A program made the translations under genes and the position numbers. A stretch of 24,000 nt of DNA from Candidatus Obscuribacterales bacterium (GTDB taxonomy: Bacteria; Cyanobacteriota; Vampirovibrionia; Obscuribacterales; Obscuribacteraceae): positions 69,965 to 93,964 of the forward strand of contig JAKFVQ010000030.1 in assembly GCA_021732085.1 (NCBI GenBank). Direction: 5' to 3'. Below the pieces are notes generated by a model. The model was given only the letters and a program-made list of their open reading frames with translations. It did not search any database and had not been told where the DNA came from. Below, piece after piece: positions 1-8,829 of the stretch (the stretch's first letter is position 1; each line of letters begins with the position of its first letter).

Positions 1-2686
1 TGCGCTCTTCTTCCAAATCATCGGCATTATCAACGGGAAATAGGCCCTGAGCTAATCCGACCATAAATACTATGGGAAATTCAAATCCTTTCACGTCATA
101 AACAGACTTGATGTGAACCGTCTGGTCATCGCCAGTGTCATCTTCTTCGCCTTGTTTCTCCTCTGCGTGTTTAATAAACTCAGACACAGAGGTAAACTTG
201 CGTGCGTCCTCCTCAAGCTGGCCCAGCTTCTTCAAAGGCTCGTAAGATTGACCTGGCGGAATTTTAATTCCTTTATAGTAATCATTCAGGCGGCGCGTGC
301 GGCGCAGATACCCGATAGATTCGGCTGGCGGCAATCTATCCTGATTCATCGCTCTGATGATTCGAACAAGCTGTTCCAACTCACGACAACTTTGATCGGC
401 TGTAGCTTCCGCGTATATCTCAACCGCTTTCAAATAAGACAGACTGTTGGCGCTTGCGAAACTAGATATCGTGGCAGATAGTTTCGAATCAATTTCCTTG
501 GTACCCAACTGACAAACACGCTCGAAAGCCTCACGCGCTTTTGGCCCATCTGGATCCATAACCAACTTCAAGAAAGCAAGCATGTCGCCAACTTCGTCAG
601 GAATCATGGAACTATCCGAATGACTTGCCCGGAAGCGAACATTCAGCGCCCCCAATTCATCCTCGATAATAGGTTCATATTTATTCTGCCGATAAAGAAT
701 CGCTATATCACGGGCGCTTCTTCCAGCATCAAGCAATGCCTTTACTTGAGCCGCAACCCACCTACTTTCCTCTGCTTCGTCTGCGCAGACCTGGGGCCCA
801 AAGACTGCCATTCCAGGCGATTGTCCCCAAGCTGAAACATATTCCTTCCTTATTTTTGATCGATCCAGATGCGAAATCAGTAACCTGGAATGATCGACTA
901 GCGCCGGATGCGAGCGCCAGTTCTGCTCAAGCACCACACATCTTCCATGAGGAAAGCGCAAAGTGAAATCCGCCAGCAACTCGGGACAAGAATTTCGATT
1001 TTCGCTTATTGTTTCATCCTCATCGCCGGCTACGAACAGATTGTCCTGCGGGGCAGCCAACAAACGAATAAAGATGTCCTGCGCAACAGTAACATCTTGA
1101 TACTCATCGACCAGAATGAACTCGTACAGCGTTTGATACTTAAGCCTGGTTTCAGCACTCTCGAGAAGAACCTGCACGGCAAGCGCCGTCACATCGTGCT
1201 TATCGATGCGATTCGCCTTTTGCAACTGATCTTCGTATGACTGATAGATGCGCGCAATGATCTCTTCAGCATCGCCCTGTGCATCCTCTCTTGCCTTCTT
1301 AGGCGAAATCAAATGCGACTTGTACATGCCGATCATGGCTGCAAGATAAAACTCATCCAGGTCGCCAGCCATCTCTAACTTCGTGGCATCGACCTCCTTC
1401 TTTATCTTGCCGAGCAGCTTTTGAATAACTTTCTGCGGGCTAGTCTCAAGCTTAATTGGTGGCTTTCGCTTAATAGCGGGCAAATTCTCTTTGAGGATCT
1501 TCAGCCCCAAGTCTTGCCATGACATTACATTCAAGCGCTGGAGAACCGACTTTTCAACGAGCGGAGCAATTGTTTGCTTCAGCACGCGCGCGCTGTCTGC
1601 CGAATAACTGATCATCAAAATATTTTCGGGGCTAACTCCTTGAGATAACAGATAAGCGCATCGTTGGCTTAAACAAGCTGTCTTACCCGTACCTGCACCA
1701 CCCACAACGGCTATCGGCCCGCCACCAAATGTAATGGCACTGCGTTGAGCGTCGTCATCCGGCAGCTCCGGAGTTTGAGGCAAGGACTTGCCACTCAAAT
1801 AGCGTCCGCAATGGGAGCGCTTGCGCCCACCTCGCCATATATCTTCGATGACATCCGAACAAGCGGTTCGATTGTTCAGTATCTCAGCGCTGCTGAATTT
1901 GAGAATTTGCCATCCATCCGATAGCAAGACCAAATCGCGCCTTGCCTCCTTCGTATGTATTTCGTGTCCACTGAGGGCGGACAATGCATCACACTCAATG
2001 TTGAGCTTCTGCTCTTTATCAATGAGAGCGAAATCCAAAAGATAATCACCAAGAACACACTGAGGAACAGGATCAAGATTGCGGTCTTTCAAAGCCGTAT
2101 AGAGGTTATACTCAGGCTTCAGCATTGGAGGCACTGACTCTTCCCGTGCCAATTTATAGAGATCTTGGTTTATCGTGCAGCATTCAAGCAGCCAAACCAA
2201 TTTCTCCCAATTAATAGGCTGACCCAAAAAGTCGAAGTCAGGGCAGGCGTGTCCGTACTTGATAAATTCCTGATAGGCAAGCGGAGTAGTCAGGATGGTC
2301 ACCTTTCCTGAAATCACTCTCGGAAAAAGCAGATAACTCCACAGATACCAAAGGTGGTGGGGCTTTTCCGGCGCTTCTAAGCCGTCGACCACTACGATGT
2401 CATTACCGGACAGCTCAAGCTCAACCTTGCTGGCCATTGGCCGACCGAAGCTACCGCGGCTCTGTGACTCCTGAAAGAGAAAATCGGCCTGTTGGTAGAG
2501 AGTTTCCCCGGCGACAGTAAATGGAGCAAATCCTCGAGCACGCAGATTGATTACAGCAGCCTCTAGACTGACGGCTTGCTCTTCATTCCAGTCTGACAAA
2601 AATAGTCCGCGAACGGAGCCCATATAGAGCCCGTATGTGTTGACGAACCATTGCAAAGCCTCCCGCGAATCCGCCGGCGGCGCCAT
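1..2686 (-). CDS. UvrD/Rep-family (SF1) helicase with unknown N-terminal region and DUF559/Vsr-like endonuclease domain; partial, 3' end runs off the window
   Basis: Not in the supplied track. My minus-strand translation from ATG at comp(2684..2686) stays open to position 1 (895 codons). Walker A GGAGTGKT is at about 1679-1702 and motif II LVDEYQD at about 1094-1111. NWRSHPALV (motif IV-like) and KGFEFPIVFMVGLAQGLFP (motif V-like) are also present. Residues ~190-285 (nt ~1832-2119) read GDYLLDFALIDKEQKLNIECD...GWQILKFSSAEI, typical of DUF559 / very-short-patch-repair-like nucleases. Confidence 0.85.
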   Translation of the reverse strand, partial: MAPPADSREALQWFVNTYGLYMGSVRGLFLSDWNEEQAVSLEAAVINLRARGFAPFTVAGETLYQQADFLFQESQSRGSFGRPMASKVELELSGNDIVVVDGLEAPEKPHHLWYLWSYLLFPRVISGKVTILTTPLAYQEFIKYGHACPDFDFLGQPINWEKLVWLLECCTINQDLYKLAREESVPPMLKPEYNLYTALKDRNLDPVPQCVLGDYLLDFALIDKEQKLNIECDALSALSGHEIHTKEARRDLVLLSDGWQILKFSSAEILNNRTACSDVIEDIWRGGRKRSHCGRYLSGKSLPQTPELPDDDAQRSAITFGGGPIAVVGGAGTGKTACLSQRCAYLLSQGVSPENILMISYSADSARVLKQTIAPLVEKSVLQRLNVMSWQDLGLKILKENLPAIKRKPPIKLETSPQKVIQKLLGKIKKEVDATKLEMAGDLDEFYLAAMIGMYKSHLISPKKAREDAQGDAEEIIARIYQSYEDQLQKANRIDKHDVTALAVQVLLESAETRLKYQTLYEFILVDEYQDVTVAQDIFIRLLAAPQDNLFVAGDEDETISENRNSCPELLADFTLRFPHGRCVVLEQNWRSHPALVDHSRLLISHLDRSKIRKEYVSAWGQSPGMAVFGPQVCADEAEESRWVAAQVKALLDAGRSARDIAILYRQNKYEPIIEDELGALNVRFRASHSDSSMIPDEVGDMLAFLKLVMDPDGPKAREAFERVCQLGTKEIDSKLSATISSFASANSLSYLKAVEIYAEATADQSCRELEQLVRIIRAMNQDRLPPAESIGYLRRTRRLNDYYKGIKIPPGQSYEPLKKLGQLEEDARKFTSVSEFIKHAEEKQGEEDDTGDDQTVHIKSVYDVKGFEFPIVFMVGLAQGLFPVDNADDLEEER

Positions 2687-3050
2687 CCCGTGACTTACTG
2701 CCTTACGACCTTTTGCCAACTATGCTCCCAAAAATTACTGAAGTTCCGATAAACACCCTGTCGCCACTCGGTCAGCTGTGTCCGATATAGTTCAGAGTTT
2801 TTTCTCCTGCCACGCCTGAGCGGCGACCGGCGACGATCGCAATATGCCCGCCAGCAGCGCCAAGAAAACGATTCTTCTAGTGAACGATGTATATACGCCG
2901 CTGTATCAAGAAATCATTGGGTACATTTACATTGCTAACTTGACATTTTCGCAAGTAAAAATGGGTAGTACAATCGTTAAGGAGTTCGTAAACCTAGTCA
3001 AGGGTTACGCTCCGGCAAATGGTTAATCTCAAGAAAGGAGAGGACCTCTA

Positions 3051-3272
3051 ATGAAAAAGGCGCTGGTTTTCCTGGCAGCTTTGTCAACCATGTCCTTACC
3101 AGCTTACTCTCAAGCATGTGGAGACGAGGGGCGTTATTTCCACCTCAAACCTCCAAGCTACTCGATTCCGAGCGCACGTCGCCATGCTATTCACAGAATG
3201 GCAAAAGCACTTCGCTGGTATCGCGAGCACCTGGGCGATAAGCCTCTTTGCGTAAACGGCAAACCACAGTAA
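3051..3272 (+). CDS. small secreted hypothetical protein (73 aa)
   Basis: Strong RBS AAAGGAGAGG lies 6-8 nt upstream of the ATG. The N-terminus MKKALVFLAALSTMSLPAYSQA looks like a signal peptide. Terminator hairpins follow the gene. Confidence 0.6.
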   Translation: MKKALVFLAALSTMSLPAYSQACGDEGRYFHLKPPSYSIPSARRHAIHRMAKALRWYREHLGDKPLCVNGKPQ

Positions 3273-3319
3273 CTGTCCTGGCGCTCACAAAGCGCCTTTA
3301 CTAAGACTTTACTGACAAA

Positions 3320-3356
3320 ACCAATTTCGCCAATGAAAATTGGTTGGTTTTCTTTC
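3320..3356 (+). terminator. rho-independent terminator (possibly bidirectional)
   Basis: A 10-bp stem ACCAATTTTC (3320-3329) / GAAAATTGGT (3336-3345) has a 6-nt loop and is followed by TGGTTTTCTTTC. An A-run precedes the stem. Confidence 0.55.
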
Positions 3357-3405
3357 ACCATTTGAAGTTGTTGAGAGATCGTCCGTTTGCCAAAAGATCG
3401 AATTC

Positions 3406-3436
3406 ATCCCATGCACAAGATGTGTGGGATTTTTTC
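3406..3436 (+). terminator. rho-independent terminator
   Basis: Hairpin ATCCCATGCA-caaga-TGTGTGGGAT spans 3406-3430 (10 bp including 2 G-U pairs). It is followed directly by TTTTT. Confidence 0.55.
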
Positions 3437-3668
3437 GTTTGTCTAAATCTGAAGTCCAGACGGGAGCTGTCAGGATGCCCTATGCCTCATGAGGTCCACA
3501 CGCCGACAGCCCGATCTCAACGGCAACCATGCATTTCAATGTCGTTGCAGCTTTAGCATAGTCCCGAGGTCCCGCTAAGTACCGTGCCACCTCTGTCCAT
3601 TTTAGATATTGGCACCATAGGCTTGATACAGCTCAAACTTGCGTCTTCGAATCGCTTACTTTCCGGCG

Positions 3669-4103
3669 CTAGAGCGAGCCGTTCTTGGTGAAGAAATAAA
3701 TGCACGACATCATGACCATCATGGAAGATGTAACTCCCAGCCAAAATGATGCGATCACTATCTGCCATACGATAAGCGCCTGACGCGCGCTCAAACTGAC
3801 GATGATGCCAAGCCTGTTGATCATGTAGAGGACGACAGCACCTATGGTCAACAGAAGCGGCAATAGCTTCAATCCTGATGCGACAGGAAGCGCGACGGCG
3901 GCAACCAAACTCATGATGCAGATAACGACCAGACCGATGGTTACATAGTCCGATATTCTCTGCTTGACGGACTCGGTTACCGAAGCCTCGTTGATATGCT
4001 TAATGGCGGCGATGACGTTACGCAAACCGCCACGTCTTGCGCCACCAAAATCGCCTTCGGCTTCCGAATCTTCCGCCGCATTTTGAATATCTGACTCAGC
4101 CAC
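3669..4103 (-). CDS. hypothetical integral membrane protein (144 aa, ~4 TM segments)
   Basis: GTG start is preceded by GGGAGGAAG at good spacing. An acidic N-terminus is followed by hydrophobic stretches (TIGLVVICIMSLVAAVALPV, LLPLLLTIGAVVLYMI, IVWQIVIASFWLGV). Confidence 0.6.
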   Translation of the reverse strand: MAESDIQNAAEDSEAEGDFGGARRGGLRNVIAAIKHINEASVTESVKQRISDYVTIGLVVICIMSLVAAVALPVASGLKLLPLLLTIGAVVLYMINRLGIIVSLSARQALIVWQIVIASFWLGVTSSMMVMMSCIYFFTKNGSL

Positions 4104-4205
4104 GGGCTTCCTCCCACCGCAAATCTTGTATTATCAGTCAGAACCTACCTTGATCCACTTTGATCATTCCCATAGTGCTGAAAGACTAACCCCTGGCTGC
4201 ATGCA

Positions 4206-5135
4206 ATGAACACGGCTCCGGACCCACAGCATCCCTCAAAAGTATTTGTTGCCGTGTTGCATTACACCGGCCCAGAAAACACTCGCGCTTGCCTTGAATC
4301 CGTCAAGAAACTGAATTTCAAGGATTTCGAAATTCTGGTAACCGATAACTGTTCGCCGGATGGGTCGGGCAAGCTGATTGCGCAGGAATATCCAGACTGC
4401 CACCACCTGAGTCTGCCAGAGAATCTTGGCTTTGCTGGTGGTTCTAATGCTGGTATCAATTGGTGCATTGAACGCGGAGCTGAGTGGATTTGGATTCTCA
4501 ATAACGACACTGAAGTTGACCCCTCAGCGCTTTCGCAACTCATGGAAATTGCCGTAAAGCAAAACAATGCCGGTATCATCGGCGCCACCATCTACACTCC
4601 AGACAAGAGTGGCTTTTCTCGCTCAGGCACCGGGACTATAGACTTTAAGAAGGCGAAAACATTCGAACGCGGAGTGATTGATGATAACGCCGACTTCATC
4701 GAATGCCAATGGGTGTCAGGTTGCAACATGCTGATTCGAGCAAGCGCGTTTAGACAAATGCAGGGCTTTGATGAGCGGTACTTCCTTTATTTCGAAGATA
4801 CAGACCTATGTTGGCGGATGAATCAAGCCAATTGGAAATGTCTATTTGCACCGAAAGCAAGAATTACCCATGCCGGAGGAGCCTCTACACAAGGGAAGCT
4901 CGCCGTTTGGAGATCTTATTACTACACTCGAAACCGCTTGCTTTTTTTCATGAAGAATAGACGGGGTGCTGCTGCCATCCCAGCGCTACTAAGCATCTAC
5001 AGTCACTTATTGCGCCACTTGCTGGTCCTCCCCTTTAGAGGAGAAGATGGACGGAGGCAACTCAAAGCTGAGCTTCTCGGGCTCAGCGACTACATTAACG
5101 GCAAGTTTGGCAAAGCTACCTGTCTCGATTTTTAG
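4206..5135 (+). CDS. family 2 glycosyltransferase (rhamnosyltransferase-like)
   Basis: 309-aa ORF with VAVLHYTGPENTRACLESV...ILVTDNCSPDGSG and NLGFAGGSNAG...ILNNDT. It also has the FLYFEDTDLCWR motif typical of GT2 (GT-A fold, DxD-type). Confidence 0.85.
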   Translation: MNTAPDPQHPSKVFVAVLHYTGPENTRACLESVKKLNFKDFEILVTDNCSPDGSGKLIAQEYPDCHHLSLPENLGFAGGSNAGINWCIERGAEWIWILNNDTEVDPSALSQLMEIAVKQNNAGIIGATIYTPDKSGFSRSGTGTIDFKKAKTFERGVIDDNADFIECQWVSGCNMLIRASAFRQMQGFDERYFLYFEDTDLCWRMNQANWKCLFAPKARITHAGGASTQGKLAVWRSYYYTRNRLLFFMKNRRGAAAIPALLSIYSHLLRHLLVLPFRGEDGRRQLKAELLGLSDYINGKFGKATCLDF

Positions 5136-5240
5136 AGTTCTACGCTCAAGGCTTATAAAACGAAAACACGGATACAGCTTAAGAGAAAGATTCGACACGC
5201 AAAGCACTTCCTCCGCCACTAGGCTGTTCTGGAGAGAAAA

Positions 5241-5265
5241 TTTTTCGAAACAGGCTGGAAGCCTG
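5241..5265 (-). terminator. rho-independent terminator of the jag operon
   Basis: Stem CAGGCT (5251-5256) / AGCCTG (5260-5265). On the minus strand it is followed by TTTCGAAAAATTTT. It lies 50 nt past the jag stop. Confidence 0.45.
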
Positions 5266-5315
5266 CGTTCCCGCAGAGCGAGCTATTCTGACTAGGAGAA
5301 CGTACCTTACGAGAA

Positions 5316-5828
5316 CTAAGCTTCGGCTTCAGCTGGGGCTTCTTCTCCGGCTTCGCCTTCACCAACGTAGCTTATTACAATGCGGCGCTCTGGATCATCT
5401 CCGCGGCTGGCGGATGACAGTTCAGGAAAATGCTCTTGCAAATACTTGTGCACGATGCGGCGCTCAAATGCGGACATAGGAACGAGTTCAATCTCTTCCG
5501 ATTCACCATTCAGTACAGCCACTGCGCCTTCCTTGGCTTGCTCAACAATTGTCTCGCGACGGCGCTGTCTATAGTTTGCAACGTCGAGCAAAAAGTGGGT
5601 TTGCTCCAAGCGTGTGCCTTTGCACATTTGGCGCAAAATAAATTGGAGAGCTTCCAGGGTCTGACCTTTCTTACCGATCAGCAATTTGGCATCGGATGGT
5701 TTGCAGTCGATTCGATAGCAACGTGTGGACTCATCTAGGTCCTCTTCGTGAATTACGGCATCGATATCAAGAATCGCCAGAATCTTCTCCAAATAGCCTC
5801 TGGCGTTTTCATCATGAGAGTAGTTCAT
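5316..5828 (-). CDS. jag: Jag/KhpB-type RNA-binding protein (Jag_N + KH + R3H)
   Basis: KH-like LLIGKKGQTLEALQFIL and R3H-like MSAFERRIVHKYLQ are present. Its position directly downstream of yidC is the conserved arrangement. Confidence 0.85.
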   Translation of the reverse strand: MNYSHDENARGYLEKILAILDIDAVIHEEDLDESTRCYRIDCKPSDAKLLIGKKGQTLEALQFILRQMCKGTRLEQTHFLLDVANYRQRRRETIVEQAKEGAVAVLNGESEEIELVPMSAFERRIVHKYLQEHFPELSSASRGDDPERRIVISYVGEGEAGEEAPAEAEA

Positions 5829-5956
5829 GTGATCATTTTTTCCCTTGTTGCTTACTCTAAAAATTACAGTGTTTTTCTGACTTTCTCCAGTCCGATCATC
5901 TTTTTTCCGCTACTTGTCATTTCAAAAACTCAATTTTGCATTGTCAACTAGCGATT

Positions 5957-7603
5957 TCAGCTTCGATCCTTGTCAATGGTGACATCATCCGGACTCTTCA
6001 AGGGGACGCTTTCTCCCTGACCGGAAGGACCCTTCTTGTCATTCTTCTTTCCATTTTCCTGATCTGCTTTATTTCCTTGCTTCTGTTGATTATCGGTTTT
6101 CTTCTTCTCAATCTTCTTTTGATTGGGCTCAACATCAATCGTTTGATTAGCTGCCGGCGTAGCGTCGTCAGGCGCATCAACATCAATCAAATCCGGCACT
6201 GGCGACTGCATCAAAATCCAAGTTTGTAATGTCTGCAAGATGTTCCCAAAAACCATATACAGGTAAACGCCAGCAGGCAGCGGCATGAAGAAGAACATAC
6301 CTGTAATCGTAAACGGCATGATCTGTTGAGTTTGCTTTTGTACTGCCGCTTGCTCAGGATCGGTCGGTGGTGTCGTAACCATGAATTTCTGAGAGAGGTA
6401 CATGGTGAAACCGAAGAGAAGGATCAATCCGAGAACATCAAAATTCTCCGGCTTCAACAAATCCATTCCCTTGGCTGTCTTACCGATACTGCTTACGAAA
6501 TAGAATGGCTCGTCCTTCGCTTCACCAGGAATCATCGCATCGACAACAACTTCGCCGGAGTGCTTAAAGACTGCTTTGCCATTCTCATCAATTGACGCAG
6601 CATTAGGATCGTCCACTATTTTCCACTCAGGATGGAAGTTCACCGGTAACGTTCCCTCAACAGCTTTCACTCGGAATTGAACGCTCTTCCCAGCGAGCAA
6701 AGTAAGATTGCCAGGCTCAACAGCAACTCTTACAGGCTTGCCATCGACAATCATTTCGGCTGTCGTTTCTGACACAGCGGTTTTTTGCTTGATAGCTTCT
6801 TCGCCACCATCGCCTATAACAGGGAAGCCACCACCGCCTTGCTTAGGTTCGACTGTGACTGTGACCGGAACTGTTTTCTCATCAGTCTGATCAGACGTCT
6901 TCGGAAGAACCGCAGCAATCGTAATCTTTCCGTCAACCGGGAATATCGCCTTGCCATCGGGTTGCATGATCGCTTTGTTTGGATCCTGACCAATGCGCCA
7001 ATGAGGCTTAAAATCAGCAGGAGCTTCGCCCGCGCTGGTACCGACCGTGAAATCTACTGTATTCCACCCATCCGCGGTCGTCTGCCCTTCGGTCTTTCCA
7101 AGAATCAGAGTTTGATCGCCTGGGTGAACAACGAACTTACAAAGCTTTCCATCTTTCGAAACATAGGCGCTGTCTGCACCAGAAGTCGGATTTGTCGTAG
7201 TTGTCGTTTTGTCTGCTTCCTTTCCGGAAACAATTTTTACTTTCACTGGAATTGCTTTATCTTGAAACGGCGGCCCAGTGAAAGTCCCGAACAGCGCGAA
7301 AAGAATGGGCAATTGAACAAGCATCGGCAAGCATCCACCAAGTGGATTGATCTTGTTCTTCATGTAGAACTCAGCCATTTTCTTCTGCATGACTTCCGGC
7401 TGATCTTTATACTTGTCTTGCAGCGACTTGAGCATTGGCTGTAACTTGCCCATTCGCTGCATTGATTTAGTCGACGCTGATTGCAGCGGCCAAACAAGAA
7501 TTCTCACGGCTAAAGTCAAACCGAGAATCGCCCAGCCGTAGCTTCCTAGCGTCTTGTCCAGGAATTCAATAATGGGCAACATGAAAAGGTAAGTAATATC
7601 CAC
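5957..7603 (-). CDS. yidC: YidC/Oxa1-family membrane protein insertase with a large inserted extracytoplasmic region and a basic C-terminal tail
   Basis: Core motifs seen are WAILGLTLAVRILVWPL, MQKKMAEFYMKNKINPLGGCLPMLVQLPILFALF and PLPAGVYLYMVFGNILQTLQ. GTG start. The gene sits in the rnpA-yidD-yidC-jag context. Confidence 0.9.
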   Translation of the reverse strand: MDITYLFMLPIIEFLDKTLGSYGWAILGLTLAVRILVWPLQSASTKSMQRMGKLQPMLKSLQDKYKDQPEVMQKKMAEFYMKNKINPLGGCLPMLVQLPILFALFGTFTGPPFQDKAIPVKVKIVSGKEADKTTTTTNPTSGADSAYVSKDGKLCKFVVHPGDQTLILGKTEGQTTADGWNTVDFTVGTSAGEAPADFKPHWRIGQDPNKAIMQPDGKAIFPVDGKITIAAVLPKTSDQTDEKTVPVTVTVEPKQGGGGFPVIGDGGEEAIKQKTAVSETTAEMIVDGKPVRVAVEPGNLTLLAGKSVQFRVKAVEGTLPVNFHPEWKIVDDPNAASIDENGKAVFKHSGEVVVDAMIPGEAKDEPFYFVSSIGKTAKGMDLLKPENFDVLGLILLFGFTMYLSQKFMVTTPPTDPEQAAVQKQTQQIMPFTITGMFFFMPLPAGVYLYMVFGNILQTLQTWILMQSPVPDLIDVDAPDDATPAANQTIDVEPNQKKIEKKKTDNQQKQGNKADQENGKKNDKKGPSGQGESVPLKSPDDVTIDKDRS

Positions 7604-7611
7604 CTTCGGTT

Positions 7612-7917
7612 TTAGCTCCTCTTGTTAGCAACTGATGCATCGCACTTAGCAGCAATCCCTAGGGTCGCTGCCAGCGAATCTTGTAACTGTTTGAACGGCC
7701 GCTCAAATGAATCTGGGATCTCGTCGATCCCGCCATCCGACAGCGGCTGACATCTACACAACCTATAAGCAGCTAATGCACTGCCTTTTACCGCGCCGAA
7801 CTTGTCGATGGCTTGAATCGCGTAATCCGAACAAGTTGGGTAGAAGCGGCAAGCTTGCGGTCTCAGCGGGCGGCTGAGTTGAAAAATTCGCAAGATTGAT
7901 ACGAGTATTTTCTTCAT
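7612..7917 (-). CDS. yidD: membrane protein insertion efficiency factor YidD
   Basis: CRFYPTCSDYAIQAIDKFGAVKGSALAAYRLCRCQP is the YidD signature. Its ATG overlaps the rnpA stop (ATGA). Confidence 0.9.
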   Translation of the reverse strand: MKKILVSILRIFQLSRPLRPQACRFYPTCSDYAIQAIDKFGAVKGSALAAYRLCRCQPLSDGGIDEIPDSFERPFKQLQDSLAATLGIAAKCDASVANKRS

Positions 7918-8345
7918 GGCTCTTTAGAAGACGCCCTCCGAGCACCGAATTTTTGATTGGCTCGCTGCAAACAAGATTGAATGCTCGACATAATGTCTTT
8001 GAACTCAGCTCCCAGAGCCTTATCTTGAATCACCCAAACCAGCGCATACCATTGACGCAAATTCACCTTGTCGTCACTTGGGACTTCCTGACTGCTTGCA
8101 GCTCTTATTGCTGCTCTTAGAAGTCTGTAGGCTTCGCGAAAGCGCCTTTTAGCTTTGTTGCGCTTACATGCCTTGTTATGGACTTTCTTGCCTGCTACAA
8201 AAGCAGCCAAAGGCATTCTTGGACTGCTTTTCGGTTGCCTTGGCAAGACGTATAAAACGCAAACATCGCTTGCCACTGACTTGCGTGCCGTATAGACGCG
8301 CTGAAAGAGGCCTGCTTTTCTAAGCCTCTCTGCATCAGGCAACAC
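7914..8345 (-). CDS. rnpA: ribonuclease P protein component
   Basis: Basic 143-aa protein with KVHNKACKRNKAKRRFREAYR (RNR-type motif). GTG start lies 5 nt after the rpmH stop. Confidence 0.85.
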   Translation of the reverse strand: MLPDAERLRKAGLFQRVYTARKSVASDVCVLYVLPRQPKSSPRMPLAAFVAGKKVHNKACKRNKAKRRFREAYRLLRAAIRAASSQEVPSDDKVNLRQWYALVWVIQDKALGAEFKDIMSSIQSCLQRANQKFGARRASSKEP

Positions 8346-8350
8346 GGAAT

Positions 8351-8485
8351 TTATTTGCTCAGGCGGTAACGGCCTTTGGCTCTGCGGGACTTGATGACGT
8401 TACGACCATTTTTCGTAAACATTCTCTGAAGAAATCCGCTGCTCTTTTTGGCTTTGCGGATAGCCCCTCTCAATGTGCGTTTCAT
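8351..8485 (-). CDS. rpmH: 50S ribosomal protein L34
   Basis: Not in the track (44 aa). The minus strand reads [48 protein letters not shown] lies upstream of the ATG at comp(8483..8485). Confidence 0.9.
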   Translation of the reverse strand: MKRTLRGAIRKAKKSSGFLQRMFTKNGRNVIKSRRAKGRYRLSK

Positions 8486-8829
8486 GACTGGAATAACTCC
8501 GTACAGATTGATTTGCGCAATACTTAATAAAGCTCAACTTCAAGAAGCTGGCTCTACCGCCAACTCGCTATAAAATTCTAAGAAGTCGGCAATTAGGCCT
8601 TATGCTATCATCTCCCCCAGAGACTTATGACCGCTAGTGCATACTAAGGCGGTTAAAAATTTACGAATTGAGCACGGTTTCCGGGCTCAAGAAATCATTC
8701 CCGCTAAACGCCAAGAGCAAGAGCGGTGATGAAAGCTCCTCATAAAAAGTGCCTAAGAAATCAACGGCAGTTTACAGAGGGCATTATTGTCCGCACCGAA
8801 ATACAACAAAAGAAGCCCGAAACAAGCTG

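Noticed and set aside
113-2137. Short plus- and minus-strand track ORFs between 113 and 2137
   Set aside because: All overlap the continuous 895-codon minus-strand helicase frame, which carries clear SF1 motifs.
6785-7444. 219-aa plus-strand ORF inside yidC, and other antisense ORFs at 5998-6186, 6326-6595 and 6708-6890
   Set aside because: They lie entirely within the well-supported yidC CDS on the opposite strand. No motifs and no RBS.
8749-8829. GTG at 8749 as the dnaA start (track version, 514 aa)
   Set aside because: This GTG is simply the first start-type codon after an in-frame stop. The added 27 residues are basic and His/Cys-rich and unlike DnaA N-termini. ATG 8830 gives a typical N-terminus. 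I cannot exclude it without homologue alignment.
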